A DNA stretch of 38,939 nt from Brevibacterium luteolum (lineage in GTDB: Bacteria > Actinomycetota > Actinomycetes > Actinomycetales > Brevibacteriaceae). The DNA lies in assembly GCF_013004595.1 (NCBI RefSeq), contig NZ_JABEMC010000014.1, positions 1 to 38,939 of the forward strand, in the 5' to 3' direction. A program made the position numbers and the translations under genes. Below the pieces are notes generated by a model. It had not been told where the DNA came from. It worked only from the letters and a program-made list of their open reading frames with translations, and searched no databases. Of the stretch, positions 7,360-16,211 are shown one piece after another; the first letter of the stretch is position 1; every line of letters begins with the position of its first letter.

Positions 7360-8271
7360 TCAGACGAGTCCGAAGCCCTCAGCCTGGGCGATGATCTCAT
7401 CGGCGGTGAAGCTGATGTGCGGCAGGTGGGCGGACTGCTCGACGACATGCATGCACACCCGACGGGAGGGCACCGGGTGGGTCAGTGCCACACTCGTGAG
7501 CCCGGCCGGCAGGCTGAGCAGAGCCAGGGCCGGAAGCAGGGTGATGCCGTGGCCGGCGGCGACGAGGGCGAGCGCTGCGTAGTGGCCTTCGGAGCGGGCG
7601 ATGACCCGCGGGGAGATGCCGGCAGCGGCACAGGCGTGCCGGATCGCGCTCATCCCGGCTGTGGCGCGGGATTCGGCGTCGATCCAGCGCTCCTCGGCGA
7701 TCTCGGCCAGCGGCACCTCGCCGGCGTCGGCGAGGTGGTGGCTGGTGGGCACGACGAGGTGGAACTCGTCGTCGAACAGCGGCGTGCGAATGGTGCCGGG
7801 CAGCTCGGTGGCGGTGGCGAAGCCGGCCTCGCTGCGGATCTCGATGTCCGGCAGCCGCGGGGAGGGTGCGGAGTCGCGCTCATTGTCGAGTATCTCGAAG
7901 CGGATCGTCGGGAAGGTCCGCACAACGGAGTCGACGACCGGTGGCAGCAGGGTCTCGTGGAAGGAGGTGAACCCGGAGAACACGATGCGCGGGTCCGGTG
8001 AAGAGGTCATGTCATCGACGGTGCCGTCGAGCCGGCGGACCTGGTCGAGGATCTTGGCCGCCTCCTCGGCAAGTTTGCGGCCGGCCTCGGTGATCTCGAT
8101 GCCGCGCCCGGCCCGCCGGTAGAGCTCCAGGCCGGTCGACTGCTGGAGGGTGGCGATGTGCTGGCTGATCGTCGCCGGCCGGTAGCCGAGGTTGGCGGCG
8201 GCCTCGACGACGGATCCGGCGGTGACGACGGCCCGCCAGATGCGGAGCCGGTTGAGGTCCCAGGAGCGCAT
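7360..8271 (-). CDS. LysR-family transcriptional regulator
   Basis: DLNRLRIW..V...GSV..AA..LGY...ISQHI..L...G..L HTH and ALVAAGHGITLLP. TAGGCT lies 6 nt before ATG 8271. Divergent from the LysE gene. Confidence 0.92.
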   Translation of the reverse strand: MRSWDLNRLRIWRAVVTAGSVVEAAANLGYRPATISQHIATLQQSTGLELYRRAGRGIEITEAGRKLAEEAAKILDQVRRLDGTVDDMTSSPDPRIVFSGFTSFHETLLPPVVDSVVRTFPTIRFEILDNERDSAPSPRLPDIEIRSEAGFATATELPGTIRTPLFDDEFHLVVPTSHHLADAGEVPLAEIAEERWIDAESRATAGMSAIRHACAAAGISPRVIARSEGHYAALALVAAGHGITLLPALALLSLPAGLTSVALTHPVPSRRVCMHVVEQSAHLPHISFTADEIIAQAEGFGLV

Positions 8272-8436
8272 GCGCACAGCCTAACCGACATGTAGGCAAA
8301 ACCGAATGGTTATCAGCGTTTCTCTGCTTGTGCCTGATGATTGCGGGTTCCACAATGTTCCTGTCGGCACTGCATGTAGGAGTGCATGGCCGGCGCTCAC
8401 AAAGGATGCAGTCCCCGTTGTTCAGAGGAGGTTCTC

Positions 8437-9141
8437 GTGACTCTCACCGTGTTCGGCGCGCTCTTCGCCGCCTCGGTCGGCATCTCCGTGACGCCAGGTC
8501 CCGAGACCATGCTCGTCCTCCGCTACGGCGCCCTGCGCCGGCGGGCGGGCCTCTTCTGCACAACGGGGACTGCGCTTGGGGCACTCGTGTGGGCGGTGCT
8601 GGCGATCACCGGAGTCGCTGCGATCATGCAGCGCGAACCGGCCCTGCTCGCCGCGGTCAAGACCGTCGGCGGCATCTACCTGCTCTTACTCGGCGCGAAA
8701 GCCGCCTACCCGCTGCTGCGCGGCTGGTGGGCCACCCGCCGGGCACGCAGCCGCGGCGGCGTGCTCACCGCAGCCACCGCCTCGGGCGCGGTGGAGGCGA
8801 GCACTGGTTCCCTCGACCTGGCCGCGGTCAACGCCTCCCTGCGCACACCGACGGCGCTCTCAAGCTTCACGACCGGCCTGTTCACCGCGCTGACGAACCC
8901 GAAGTCCGGGCTGTTCTTCCTCGCGGTGCTGCCGACGTTCATCCCGGCTGACCCGACGCTGGTCGACTATGCGATCGTCGTCGGCACGATCGTCGGCTGC
9001 CTGGGCCTCTACGCCGCCGGTCTCGTGCTCGTCGCCGACCTGGTGTCATCGCTGCTGCGCACCCCGAAAGCCGATATGGTCCTCGACATCGTCTCGGCCA
9101 GCGTGCTCAGCATCCTCGGCGTGCTCATCCTCGCCCTCTGA
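8437..9141 (+). CDS. LysE/RhtB-family amino-acid exporter
   Basis: VTPGPET, GGIYLL, F.TGLFTALTNPKSGLFF. GAGGAGG precedes GTG 8437. Confidence 0.9.
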   Translation: MTLTVFGALFAASVGISVTPGPETMLVLRYGALRRRAGLFCTTGTALGALVWAVLAITGVAAIMQREPALLAAVKTVGGIYLLLLGAKAAYPLLRGWWATRRARSRGGVLTAATASGAVEASTGSLDLAAVNASLRTPTALSSFTTGLFTALTNPKSGLFFLAVLPTFIPADPTLVDYAIVVGTIVGCLGLYAAGLVLVADLVSSLLRTPKADMVLDIVSASVLSILGVLILAL

Positions 9142-9203
9142 GCCGGGCACTCCCCTGGTGCTGACTTTCCGGCCTGACAGCTTCCCTCGCCCGGCCGGCG
9201 CGG

Positions 9204-10304
9204 TCAGCCGTTGACGGCGTCGTCGACGGCGGGCTCCAGGTCCGGGTAGGCGAACTCATAGCCGGCCGCCTGGAGGCGTTCGGGCAGCACCCAGCGGCTC
9301 TTGAGCACGAGTTCGGTCTCAGTGCGCATCGCGATCGCGCCGATCTCGAGCATCCAGCGCGCCACCGGCAGGCCGACCGGCATCCCGCAGGCCCGCCGGA
9401 GTGCTGCCATGAAGCCGCGGTTGTCCGAGGGATTCGGGGCGGCGGCGTTGATGGGACCGTCGAGCTCGGGATGGTCTTCGAGGAAGTCGATGATGCCGGC
9501 GACGTCGTCGAGGTGGATCCAGCTGAACCGCTGTCGGGCTCCGGGTGTGCCGTAGGTGTGGGCGGTGCCGGCGCGCCGGCGGCCGGGAGTGGCCGGCCAG
9601 CGGCCGTCGTACTGGGCGCCGCCGAGGCCGATGCGGGCTAAGTTGATGAGCGGACCGAGGGCGCCGTTGCGGCTGCCGGCCCCTAAGCTGCGGGCGGCCC
9701 CGGAGCTGCCGGCGGTCCCGGAGCTGCTGGCAGCCTCGGAGGTGTCGCGTCCGAGCACGATCGCGGTGCGCAGGGCGACCCGGCGGGTGGCCGGCAGGTC
9801 GGCGGCGAAGAGTGCGCGCTCCCAGGCGCGCGCGACGTCGACGGAGAAGCCCTCACCGATCTCGCCGCCGGATTCGGTCATCGGCCGGTCATCGGCGTGA
9901 CGGTAGATCGTTGCGGTCGAGGCGTTGATCCACAGCGGCGGCGGGTTCTGTGCGGCTGCGATCGCATCGGACAGGGCCGTGGTGGTCGCCAGCCGTGAGG
10001 TGAAGATCTCCTCACGGTTCTTCGCCGTGTAGCGGCAGCCGACGCTCTTGCCGGCCAGCCCGATGACGAGCCCGGCACCGTCGACAGCGGCGACAATCCC
10101 GTCCGTGTCATCCCAGGTGAGGTCGGCTGCTGACCGGGAGATCGTGACGACCTCCCGGCCTCGGGCCCGATACCTCTCGACGAGGTGGCGGCCGATGAAG
10201 CCGCTGGATCCGCCGATCACGACCCGCCCCAGGCCGGCCGCACCAGCGCTGTCCTGGGAGGTGCTGGCTGGGCTGGTCTCGGGGGTGTCGCTCATCGCCG
10301 GCAT
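9204..10304 (-). CDS. TIGR01777-type NAD-dependent epimerase (DUF1731)
   Basis: GGSSGFIG, INASTATIY, VALRTAIVLG, FSWIHLDD, GPINAAAP, PERLQAAGYEF. Alternative ATG at 10295. Confidence 0.88.
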   Translation of the reverse strand: MPAMSDTPETSPASTSQDSAGAAGLGRVVIGGSSGFIGRHLVERYRARGREVVTISRSAADLTWDDTDGIVAAVDGAGLVIGLAGKSVGCRYTAKNREEIFTSRLATTTALSDAIAAAQNPPPLWINASTATIYRHADDRPMTESGGEIGEGFSVDVARAWERALFAADLPATRRVALRTAIVLGRDTSEAASSSGTAGSSGAARSLGAGSRNGALGPLINLARIGLGGAQYDGRWPATPGRRRAGTAHTYGTPGARQRFSWIHLDDVAGIIDFLEDHPELDGPINAAAPNPSDNRGFMAALRRACGMPVGLPVARWMLEIGAIAMRTETELVLKSRWVLPERLQAAGYEFAYPDLEPAVDDAVNG

Positions 10305-10308
10305 CCGC

Positions 10309-11064
10309 TCAGGATAGCGCGGCCTCGACTGCCGGTTCGCCGAGTGCGGCGACGTCCCAGGACTGGAAGACGTGCGCAGACGCCCAGAAGTGCAGTTCGT
10401 ACACGGTGGCCTGCGCGAATGCCGCCATCATGGCCTGCCGGGTGGACTCGTCGGCTGAGGCCATCTCGCGTTCGAGGATCGCAACGGCACCGTCGACCGA
10501 TTCATCGAACTCGGGGCTGTCGTAGGTTTCGATCCAGGCACGGTACGGGTGCGTATCCATGGCGTCGCCGACGCGTTCGGTGAGCACCTTGCCCATGTGG
10601 GCGTAGACCCAGAAGCACGGCAGCACTGCGGCCACACCGACCGGGTACGCAGCGGTTGCGGCCTGGGCGATGAGGTAGGAGGTGTAGCCCAGGGTCGTCG
10701 GCGAGGGCTGCGGCTGGCCGTCGGCGCCGGTCAGCTGGCTGCGGGCCGGGGCGAACCGCTCCTCGGCCAGCAGCGCGCCGTGCATGTCCTCTTCGACGGT
10801 GACGGCCTCGCCTGCCGCGAGTGCCCAGAACCGGGTGTCCTCGCGATTCGGGGCGCGCACGCCGAGCTGGCTCATGGCGCGGGCATAGCCGTTGAGGTAG
10901 AGCTCGTCCTGCAGGATGTAGTTGACGAAGGTCTGCACCGGCAGTTCGCCGGTGGCCAGGGCGTCGAGGAAGGGCAGGTTCTCGATCTCATCGAGGGTGC
11001 CGGCGACGGCATCCCAGATCGCCTGGGTGTGCTCGCCTGCGACGAAGCGGTTGCGGTCGGTCAT
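10309..11064 (-). CDS. tenA: TenA-family thiaminase II / aminopyrimidine hydrolase
   Basis: PFL..LATGEL, YILQDELYL, VLPCFWVY, PYRAWIETY, ELHFW. Confidence 0.92.
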   Translation of the reverse strand: MTDRNRFVAGEHTQAIWDAVAGTLDEIENLPFLDALATGELPVQTFVNYILQDELYLNGYARAMSQLGVRAPNREDTRFWALAAGEAVTVEEDMHGALLAEERFAPARSQLTGADGQPQPSPTTLGYTSYLIAQAATAAYPVGVAAVLPCFWVYAHMGKVLTERVGDAMDTHPYRAWIETYDSPEFDESVDGAVAILEREMASADESTRQAMMAAFAQATVYELHFWASAHVFQSWDVAALGEPAVEAALS

Positions 11065-11123
11065 TGCGGTCCTTTCCTAGGGTGCCCGCGCGCGGCGGGT
11101 GCTCATCTTCGAGGTGGGCGGGT

Positions 11124-12077
11124 TCAGCGCGTGACGGTGAGGTCGACGAGGTGGTCGACCGGCCCGTGGGCGCCTTCGGGGTTGAGGCTCAGCTGCCAGT
11201 GATCTGCCGAGGCGAGCGCACGGGCAAGGTAGTCCAGTGATCGTTCGACGGCTGCGGTGATGGTCTCCGAGGCAGTGGTGGTTTCCGAGGCGGTGGCGTC
11301 CGCTCCCGAGACGGTGGCGTCCGCTCCCGAGGCGGTGGTGTCCGCTCCCGAGGCGGTGCTCGCCTGTGCGTGGCGGGCGGCGGCCATCTCGGCGGTGATC
11401 GTCGCTGAAAGGGTGCAGCCGGTGCCGTGGGTGTTCGGGGTGCGGATGCGGGTGTGGGTGAACTCCGCGGTGGTGCCGTCGGCCAGGGCGAGGACGTCGA
11501 TGACCTCGTCGTCGACACCGTGGCCGCCTTTGAGCAGCACGCCCCGGGCACCGTGTTCGATCAGCCGGCCGGCTTGGTCGCGCATCTGCTCGATGCTTGC
11601 GGCTTCGGGTTCGGATTCGCCGAGCAGCAGTGCGGCTTCGGGCAGGTTCGGGGTGATGAGGTCCGCGCGCGGCATGAGCTGGCGGCGCACGGAGTCGACC
11701 GCGTCGTCGTCGAGCAGCCGGTGTCCGGAGGTGGCGACCATGACGGGGTCGACGACGAAGTAGCCGAGGTCGCGCTCATCGACGGCGCGGCAGACGAGGT
11801 CGACGAGGCTGCGAGTGGAGAGCATGCCGGTCTTCGTCGCATCGACGGGCAGATCGTCGAGCACGCTGGCGAGCTGGGCTTCGACGAAGGCCTCGTCGAT
11901 GCCGTAGACCTCGCTGACGCCGTGGGTGTTCTGGGCCACCAGGGCGGTGATGGCGGTGGTGCCGTAGACGCCGCGGGCGCAGAAGGCTTTGAGGTCAGCG
12001 TGGATGCCAGCGCCGCCGGACGGGTCGGTGCCGGCGATGGACAAGGCAACCGGCGGGCGGGATGCGGGTGCAGTCAT
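11124..12077 (-). CDS. thiD: Hydroxymethylpyrimidine/phosphomethylpyrimidine kinase
   Basis: SIAGTDPSGGAGIHADLK, KTGML, VDPVMVATSG, TPNLPEA, LLKGGH, NTHGTGCTLS. Confidence 0.96.
   Translation of the reverse strand: MTAPASRPPVALSIAGTDPSGGAGIHADLKAFCARGVYGTTAITALVAQNTHGVSEVYGIDEAFVEAQLASVLDDLPVDATKTGMLSTRSLVDLVCRAVDERDLGYFVVDPVMVATSGHRLLDDDAVDSVRRQLMPRADLITPNLPEAALLLGESEPEAASIEQMRDQAGRLIEHGARGVLLKGGHGVDDEVIDVLALADGTTAEFTHTRIRTPNTHGTGCTLSATITAEMAAARHAQASTASGADTTASGADATVSGADATASETTTASETITAAVERSLDYLARALASADHWQLSLNPEGAHGPVDHLVDLTVTR
11285..11358. repeat. 21-bp tandem repeat (3.5 copies) inside thiD
   Basis: CCGAG(G/A)CGGTGG(C/T)GTCCGCTC at 11285, 11306 and 11327, partial at 11348; encodes (A/V)SGAD(A/T)T. 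Confidence 0.9.
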
Positions 12078-12080
12078 TGT

Positions 12081-12842
12081 TCAGCGTCCTCCGTCTGCAG
12101 TGTGGGAGCCGGTGTTGTCGTGCGTCTCAGTCCGGTCCTCGGTGTCGGGTGTCTGGCCGGTGAGGAACGCGGCCTTGATCGCAGCAGCGGCTGCGCGCGG
12201 GTCGGCGGCTGTGCAGATGGCGGAGACGACGCAGATTCCAGCGACTCCGGTGCCGTGCATCTTGGCAGCACCTGCCAGGTCGATGCCGCCGATGCCGAAG
12301 ACCGGCAGACCGGCCTCGCCGGCGAGTGCGCGGATCTTGCCGGGTCCGAGGACGTCGCGGGCGTTCTTCTTCGTCGTCGTCGGAAACGCCAGGCCGACGC
12401 CGAGCAGGTCGACCGATCCGGCCTCGCGGGCGGCGGCGAACTGATCCGGGGTGGTGGCCGAGAGCCCGAGCAGGGCCTCCTGGCCGATGTGCTGGCGGAC
12501 TTCGGCAAACGGCATGTCGTCCTGGCCGACGTGCAGGTGCACGAGGTGTCCTTCACTGTTGAGCTGTTCGACCACGGCGACGCGGTCGTTGACGAACACC
12601 GGCACCGGCCGGGTGATCTTCGCATCGCCGAGCACCTCGTCGACGGCCCGCAGCACCTCGCAGGTGAGGTCGTACATGGCGTCGTCAGTGATGTCCTTGT
12701 CCCGGATCTGGACCATCCCCGCCCCGCCGGCCACCGCCTCGGCGACGGTGTCGGCCACCAAGCGGCCGGCGGACGCGCACTGGGCGGTGTCGGTGATGAA
12801 GTACAGGGCGGTGTCGATGCCGGCGAGGCGATCGTGGCTCAT
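12081..12842 (-). CDS. thiE: Thiamine-phosphate synthase
   Basis: LYFITD, VQIRDK, FVNDR, HVGQDD, PTTTK, GIGGI, VVSAIC. Confidence 0.93.
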   Translation of the reverse strand: MSHDRLAGIDTALYFITDTAQCASAGRLVADTVAEAVAGGAGMVQIRDKDITDDAMYDLTCEVLRAVDEVLGDAKITRPVPVFVNDRVAVVEQLNSEGHLVHLHVGQDDMPFAEVRQHIGQEALLGLSATTPDQFAAAREAGSVDLLGVGLAFPTTTKKNARDVLGPGKIRALAGEAGLPVFGIGGIDLAGAAKMHGTGVAGICVVSAICTAADPRAAAAAIKAAFLTGQTPDTEDRTETHDNTGSHTADGGR

Positions 12843-13702
12843 GCGGTGACCTCCACGGTGTCGTAACTGACGCCGACGGCGGTGATGTCAGCGGCGGTGA
12901 CGGAATGCAGGGCATCGAGGAACTCGACGGCGAAGCTGCCAGGCCCGCGGCTCGTGCCGGCCGCGCGGGTGCCGGCGGCCGCATAGTGGGCGTGGGCGGC
13001 GACGACAGCGGTGAACGGGTCTGCCGGCAGGGCGCCGAGGTAGGCGGCGACGACACCGCCGAGCGAGCAGCCGGTGCCCACGACCAGCGGCATGTAGTCC
13101 GAACCGCCGGAGACCCGGGCGATGCGCACCTGCTCACCGGCGTGGACGATCGCGTCGACCTCTCCGGAGACGGCGACGACGGAGCCGAGCGCGTGGGAGA
13201 GCTGGATCGCAGCCTCCAGCACGGCCTCGACCTCGTCGGTGGAGTCGACGCCGCGGGCGCCGGCACCGGTGCCGGCCAGGGCTGCGATCTCAGAGGCGTT
13301 GCCGCGGATGGCGGTCGGCTGCCAGGTCAGGGCCTGCTTGATGCGGGTGGTGCGGTAGTCGATGACGCCGTAGGACACGGGATCGAGCACCCACGGGGTG
13401 CCGGTCTCACGGGCGGCGGTGATGGCGGCGTCGGCGGCGAGGAAGTTGTGGGAGCTGGCGGTGCCGAAGTTGATGAGCAGGCCGTCGGAGATGCGGGCGA
13501 ACTGGGCGGCGTCGGCTTCGTGGTTGATCATCGCCGGTGAGGCGCCGATCGCCAGCAGCGCATTGGCGCTCAGCGGCTGCACGACGGTGTTCGTGATGCA
13601 CTGGACGAGCGGATTCGACTCCCGCACTGCGGTCACCGCCGCTGCGAGGTCGGGTATCGAGGCCGCCGACTGTGCGGCGGCAGATGGGTGCTGCTGTGTC
13701 AC
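12839..13702 (-). CDS. thiM: Hydroxyethylthiazole kinase
   Basis: PLVQCITN.V, ANALLAIGASPAM, VLDPV, IRGNASEI, VGTGCSLG, GPGSF. GTG at 13702 follows GAAGGGA. Confidence 0.95.
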   Translation of the reverse strand: MTQQHPSAAAQSAASIPDLAAAVTAVRESNPLVQCITNTVVQPLSANALLAIGASPAMINHEADAAQFARISDGLLINFGTASSHNFLAADAAITAARETGTPWVLDPVSYGVIDYRTTRIKQALTWQPTAIRGNASEIAALAGTGAGARGVDSTDEVEAVLEAAIQLSHALGSVVAVSGEVDAIVHAGEQVRIARVSGGSDYMPLVVGTGCSLGGVVAAYLGALPADPFTAVVAAHAHYAAAGTRAAGTSRGPGSFAVEFLDALHSVTAADITAVGVSYDTVEVTA

Positions 13703-13785
13703 GACAATCCCTTCGCCAGCATGATCCAGATCAGGTTCGATGGGTGTGTTCTCAGCCCGGCCCGCCGGGCACCCCATGTCTGTCC
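13700..13785 (-). promoter_or_regulatory. TPP (thi-box) riboswitch
   Basis: GGGGTGCCCGG...CCGGGCTGAGAACACACCCATCGAACCTGATCTGGATCATGCTGGCGAAGGGA. The aptamer 3' end contains the thiM SD; TGnTAGAGT -10 at ~13797-13789. Confidence 0.95.
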
Positions 13786-13927
13786 GCCACTCTAACAGTC
13801 CTGGCCGATGACGCCACTTTGCGCTGGAATGTGTGGGGGTGGCGTAGCGCTCGGAAGCGACCGCGCTGAATCCAACTGCCTGTGGATAACTCTGGCTGGT
13901 CTCTCGCGAGCGGCGTAGAATCGTGGC

Positions 13928-14530
13928 ATGAGCGCACCACGACCGGTCGCCGAATCCGAATGGGAGGATCGGCTCAAGCGGGCAATCGAGGCCCGGAAAC
14001 TGCCTGTGTCCGTCAGCGACGTGCTGACCGTCCTCGCCGATACGGTCGAACCTGCTGCACCGCTGCCAGCGGAGGAACGCGCCTTCCTAGCCGAGCACAC
14101 AGGTCTCACCCCTGTCGACCTCATCCCTGAGGGGCTGGCCGATGTCGATATCGAGATTGCGGCCAACCGCGCCGTGGCTGCGCAACGCGCCGAACGGAAC
14201 ACCCTGGCCGTCGACGAAGTCGCCCGCCTGCTTCTCCTTGGCACCGCTGATGTCAGAGCCCTTGCCGCCAGCGGTGATCTCTATGCGTTCACGTCTCAGA
14301 GCCGCCGAGATCTCCTCTTTCCGCGCTGGCAGTTCATCGACGGTCGCGCACTCCCCGGTCTGTCGCAAGTTATAAGGGCGCTTCCAGAGGACTATCTTCC
14401 CGTGGACATCGAAGAGTTCATGACCCAGCCCGCTGAGTCGCTCGAAGGGCAGACCCCATCTGAATGGCTCGCAGCTGACAGACCACCATCGGCTGTCTCC
14501 TCACTGGCCGACGAGCTTTCCTGGGAATGA
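13928..14530 (+). CDS. Putative antitoxin (HTH plus MbcA/Xre-like C-terminus)
   Basis: LAVDEVARLL, LLFPRWQF...LPGL, L.GQTPSEWL. ATGA-coupled to the RES gene; TAGAAT lies 6 nt before the ATG. Confidence 0.75.
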   Translation: MSAPRPVAESEWEDRLKRAIEARKLPVSVSDVLTVLADTVEPAAPLPAEERAFLAEHTGLTPVDLIPEGLADVDIEIAANRAVAAQRAERNTLAVDEVARLLLLGTADVRALAASGDLYAFTSQSRRDLLFPRWQFIDGRALPGLSQVIRALPEDYLPVDIEEFMTQPAESLEGQTPSEWLAADRPPSAVSSLADELSWE

Positions 14531-15159
14531 TGGCGAAGAATCCCAAGCGGCCCGGGCATCCGTCGATTCGGCCGGCGGATCTTCGCGACCTCCCTTCCAC
14601 TCAGCCGCTGTTCCGCATCCACTCGGCAGGTGGCCGGCACCCAATCGCATGGAACGGCTTTCGCGATTTCGGACCGTTGCAGAGCATGCGCTGGGATCCG
14701 CATCCCCCACCTCCTTCGCATCACCACGGCGTAGGCGTCGCCTACTGTGCGACGGATCCCGTCACCACCTTTGCCGAAGTATTCCAAGAACGCCGACGCA
14801 TCCGCATCGGTTCGTTGCGTGCCCTCAGCGCGTGGTTTCCGGCTCGCGATCTGCGGTTGCTTGACCTCACGGGAAACTGGCCGACTCGCAATGGTGCCTC
14901 GTTCTCACTGTTCGCTGCACCGAAATCGACATGCCGTAACTGGGCGCGCGGAATTCACGAGCTTTCCGCAGAGCTCAGCTTGGAGCTCGACGGCTTGTAC
15001 GTGCACTCGACGATGATGCCAGGGAAGAACGTCGTACTCTTCTCTTCAGCTCATTCGGCATTCCCGATCGCGCCGGCAATATCGCTGCCACTCGACCACC
15101 CCGTCATCCGGCGCCTTGCCCAAGACGCTAGCCACCAGTTGTCCTGGCCAGTCGTCTGA
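14527..15159 (+). CDS. RES-domain protein (MbcT/ParT-like toxin)
   Basis: LFRIH, RWDPH, AYCA.D..TTFAEVF, LRLLDL, DGLYVHS, NVVLF: the conserved R/E/S layout. Confidence 0.85.
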   Translation: MMAKNPKRPGHPSIRPADLRDLPSTQPLFRIHSAGGRHPIAWNGFRDFGPLQSMRWDPHPPPPSHHHGVGVAYCATDPVTTFAEVFQERRRIRIGSLRALSAWFPARDLRLLDLTGNWPTRNGASFSLFAAPKSTCRNWARGIHELSAELSLELDGLYVHSTMMPGKNVVLFSSAHSAFPIAPAISLPLDHPVIRRLAQDASHQLSWPVV

Positions 15160-15267
15160 GGCCACGCCCACTGCTCCGGTTGCCGCACGGCTGCAGGCCA
15201 AGTGACTCCGGGTCGCTAGGATCGAAGGGTACGGCGTCATCTGTCCTGACCGAATCGGAGGAATCCC

Positions 15268-16122
15268 GTGAGCGATGTGCTCTTCTCACCCAGCGAAACC
15301 GGCGAAGGCTCGTTCCTCGAGCTCATGCAGCTGGAGAAGATCGACAAGAACATCTACCGCGCCGGCTACGTCTTCGATGAGCCCTACGCCCTCTACGGCG
15401 GCCAGGTCGCAGCGCAGTCCGTGCACGCCGCGGCCCTGACCGTCGATGCAGAGCGCAAGCCCCACTCCCTGCACGGATACTTCCTGCGCCCAGGCAACGC
15501 CGCCCGGCCGACGGTCTTCCAGGTCTTCCGCGACCGCGACGGCGGCTCCTACTCCGCCCGCCGCGTGGTCGCCACCCAGGACGGCGACGTCATCTTCAAC
15601 ATGGCCATCAACTTCACCCGCGGCAACGAAAGCCCCGACCTGCAGGGCCCGACTGCAGCCGCCCAGCAGGAGATCCGGTTCGGCGACCCCTCGCCGATGC
15701 CGCGGATGTTCTCCTTCGAAGCCCGCAGCACCGACCAGCCCTTCGAGACCACCGACTACCCGGTCCGGTTCTGGGCCCGCTGCACCGAGGACCTCGGCGA
15801 CTCCGAGCTGCTGCACATCTGCGCACTCACCTACCTGTCCGACATCTCCTCGGGCCTGGGCGCATTCAACACCGAGGAGTTCAAGTCCGGCTCCAGCCTC
15901 GATCACTCGCTGTGGTTCCACCGGCCGGTGAACATGAACGACTGGGTGCTGTGCGACTACGCCCCGCGCTCCGCCGCCTACGGTCGCGGCCTGTACAACG
16001 GCGACATCACCACCCAGGACGGCGTGCTCGTCGCCTCGGTCGCCCAGGAGGCGCTGTTCCGCAGGCTCACCCCAGAGCAGCTGCAGCACTACCGCGGCAT
16101 CGGCCGGCCGAAGAAGGACTGA
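15268..16122 (+). CDS. Acyl-CoA thioesterase II (TesB family)
   Basis: YGGQVAAQ, HSLHGYFLRPG, RDGGSYSARRV, YLSD, SLDHSLWFHRP, VASVAQE. Confidence 0.92.
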   Translation: MSDVLFSPSETGEGSFLELMQLEKIDKNIYRAGYVFDEPYALYGGQVAAQSVHAAALTVDAERKPHSLHGYFLRPGNAARPTVFQVFRDRDGGSYSARRVVATQDGDVIFNMAINFTRGNESPDLQGPTAAAQQEIRFGDPSPMPRMFSFEARSTDQPFETTDYPVRFWARCTEDLGDSELLHICALTYLSDISSGLGAFNTEEFKSGSSLDHSLWFHRPVNMNDWVLCDYAPRSAAYGRGLYNGDITTQDGVLVASVAQEALFRRLTPEQLQHYRGIGRPKKD

Positions 16123-16157
16123 GACCGCAGCGCTCCGCGCTCACTTGCGCACATCAA

Positions 16158-16179
16158 AAAGTTCGCATGGGCGAACTTT
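16158..16179. promoter_or_regulatory. Inverted repeat, probable MntR operator
   Basis: AAAGTTCGC-ATGG-GCGAACTTT, ~30 nt before the metal ABC operon, with a DtxR/MntR-family gene adjacent. Confidence 0.7.
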
Positions 16180-16211
16180 GCAAATTCGCTGAGGGGAACT
16201 ATTGTGATGCC

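Noticed and set aside
11263..11358. Repeat units as a mini CRISPR array
   Set aside because: The units are contiguous with no spacers, in frame inside thiD, and there are no cas genes.
13703..13777. N-terminal extension of thiM in the ORF track
   Set aside because: This sequence is the TPP aptamer.
15912..16211. N-terminal extension of the metal-binding protein ORF
   Set aside because: It overlaps tesB and the operator; the lipoprotein signal fits ATG 16212.
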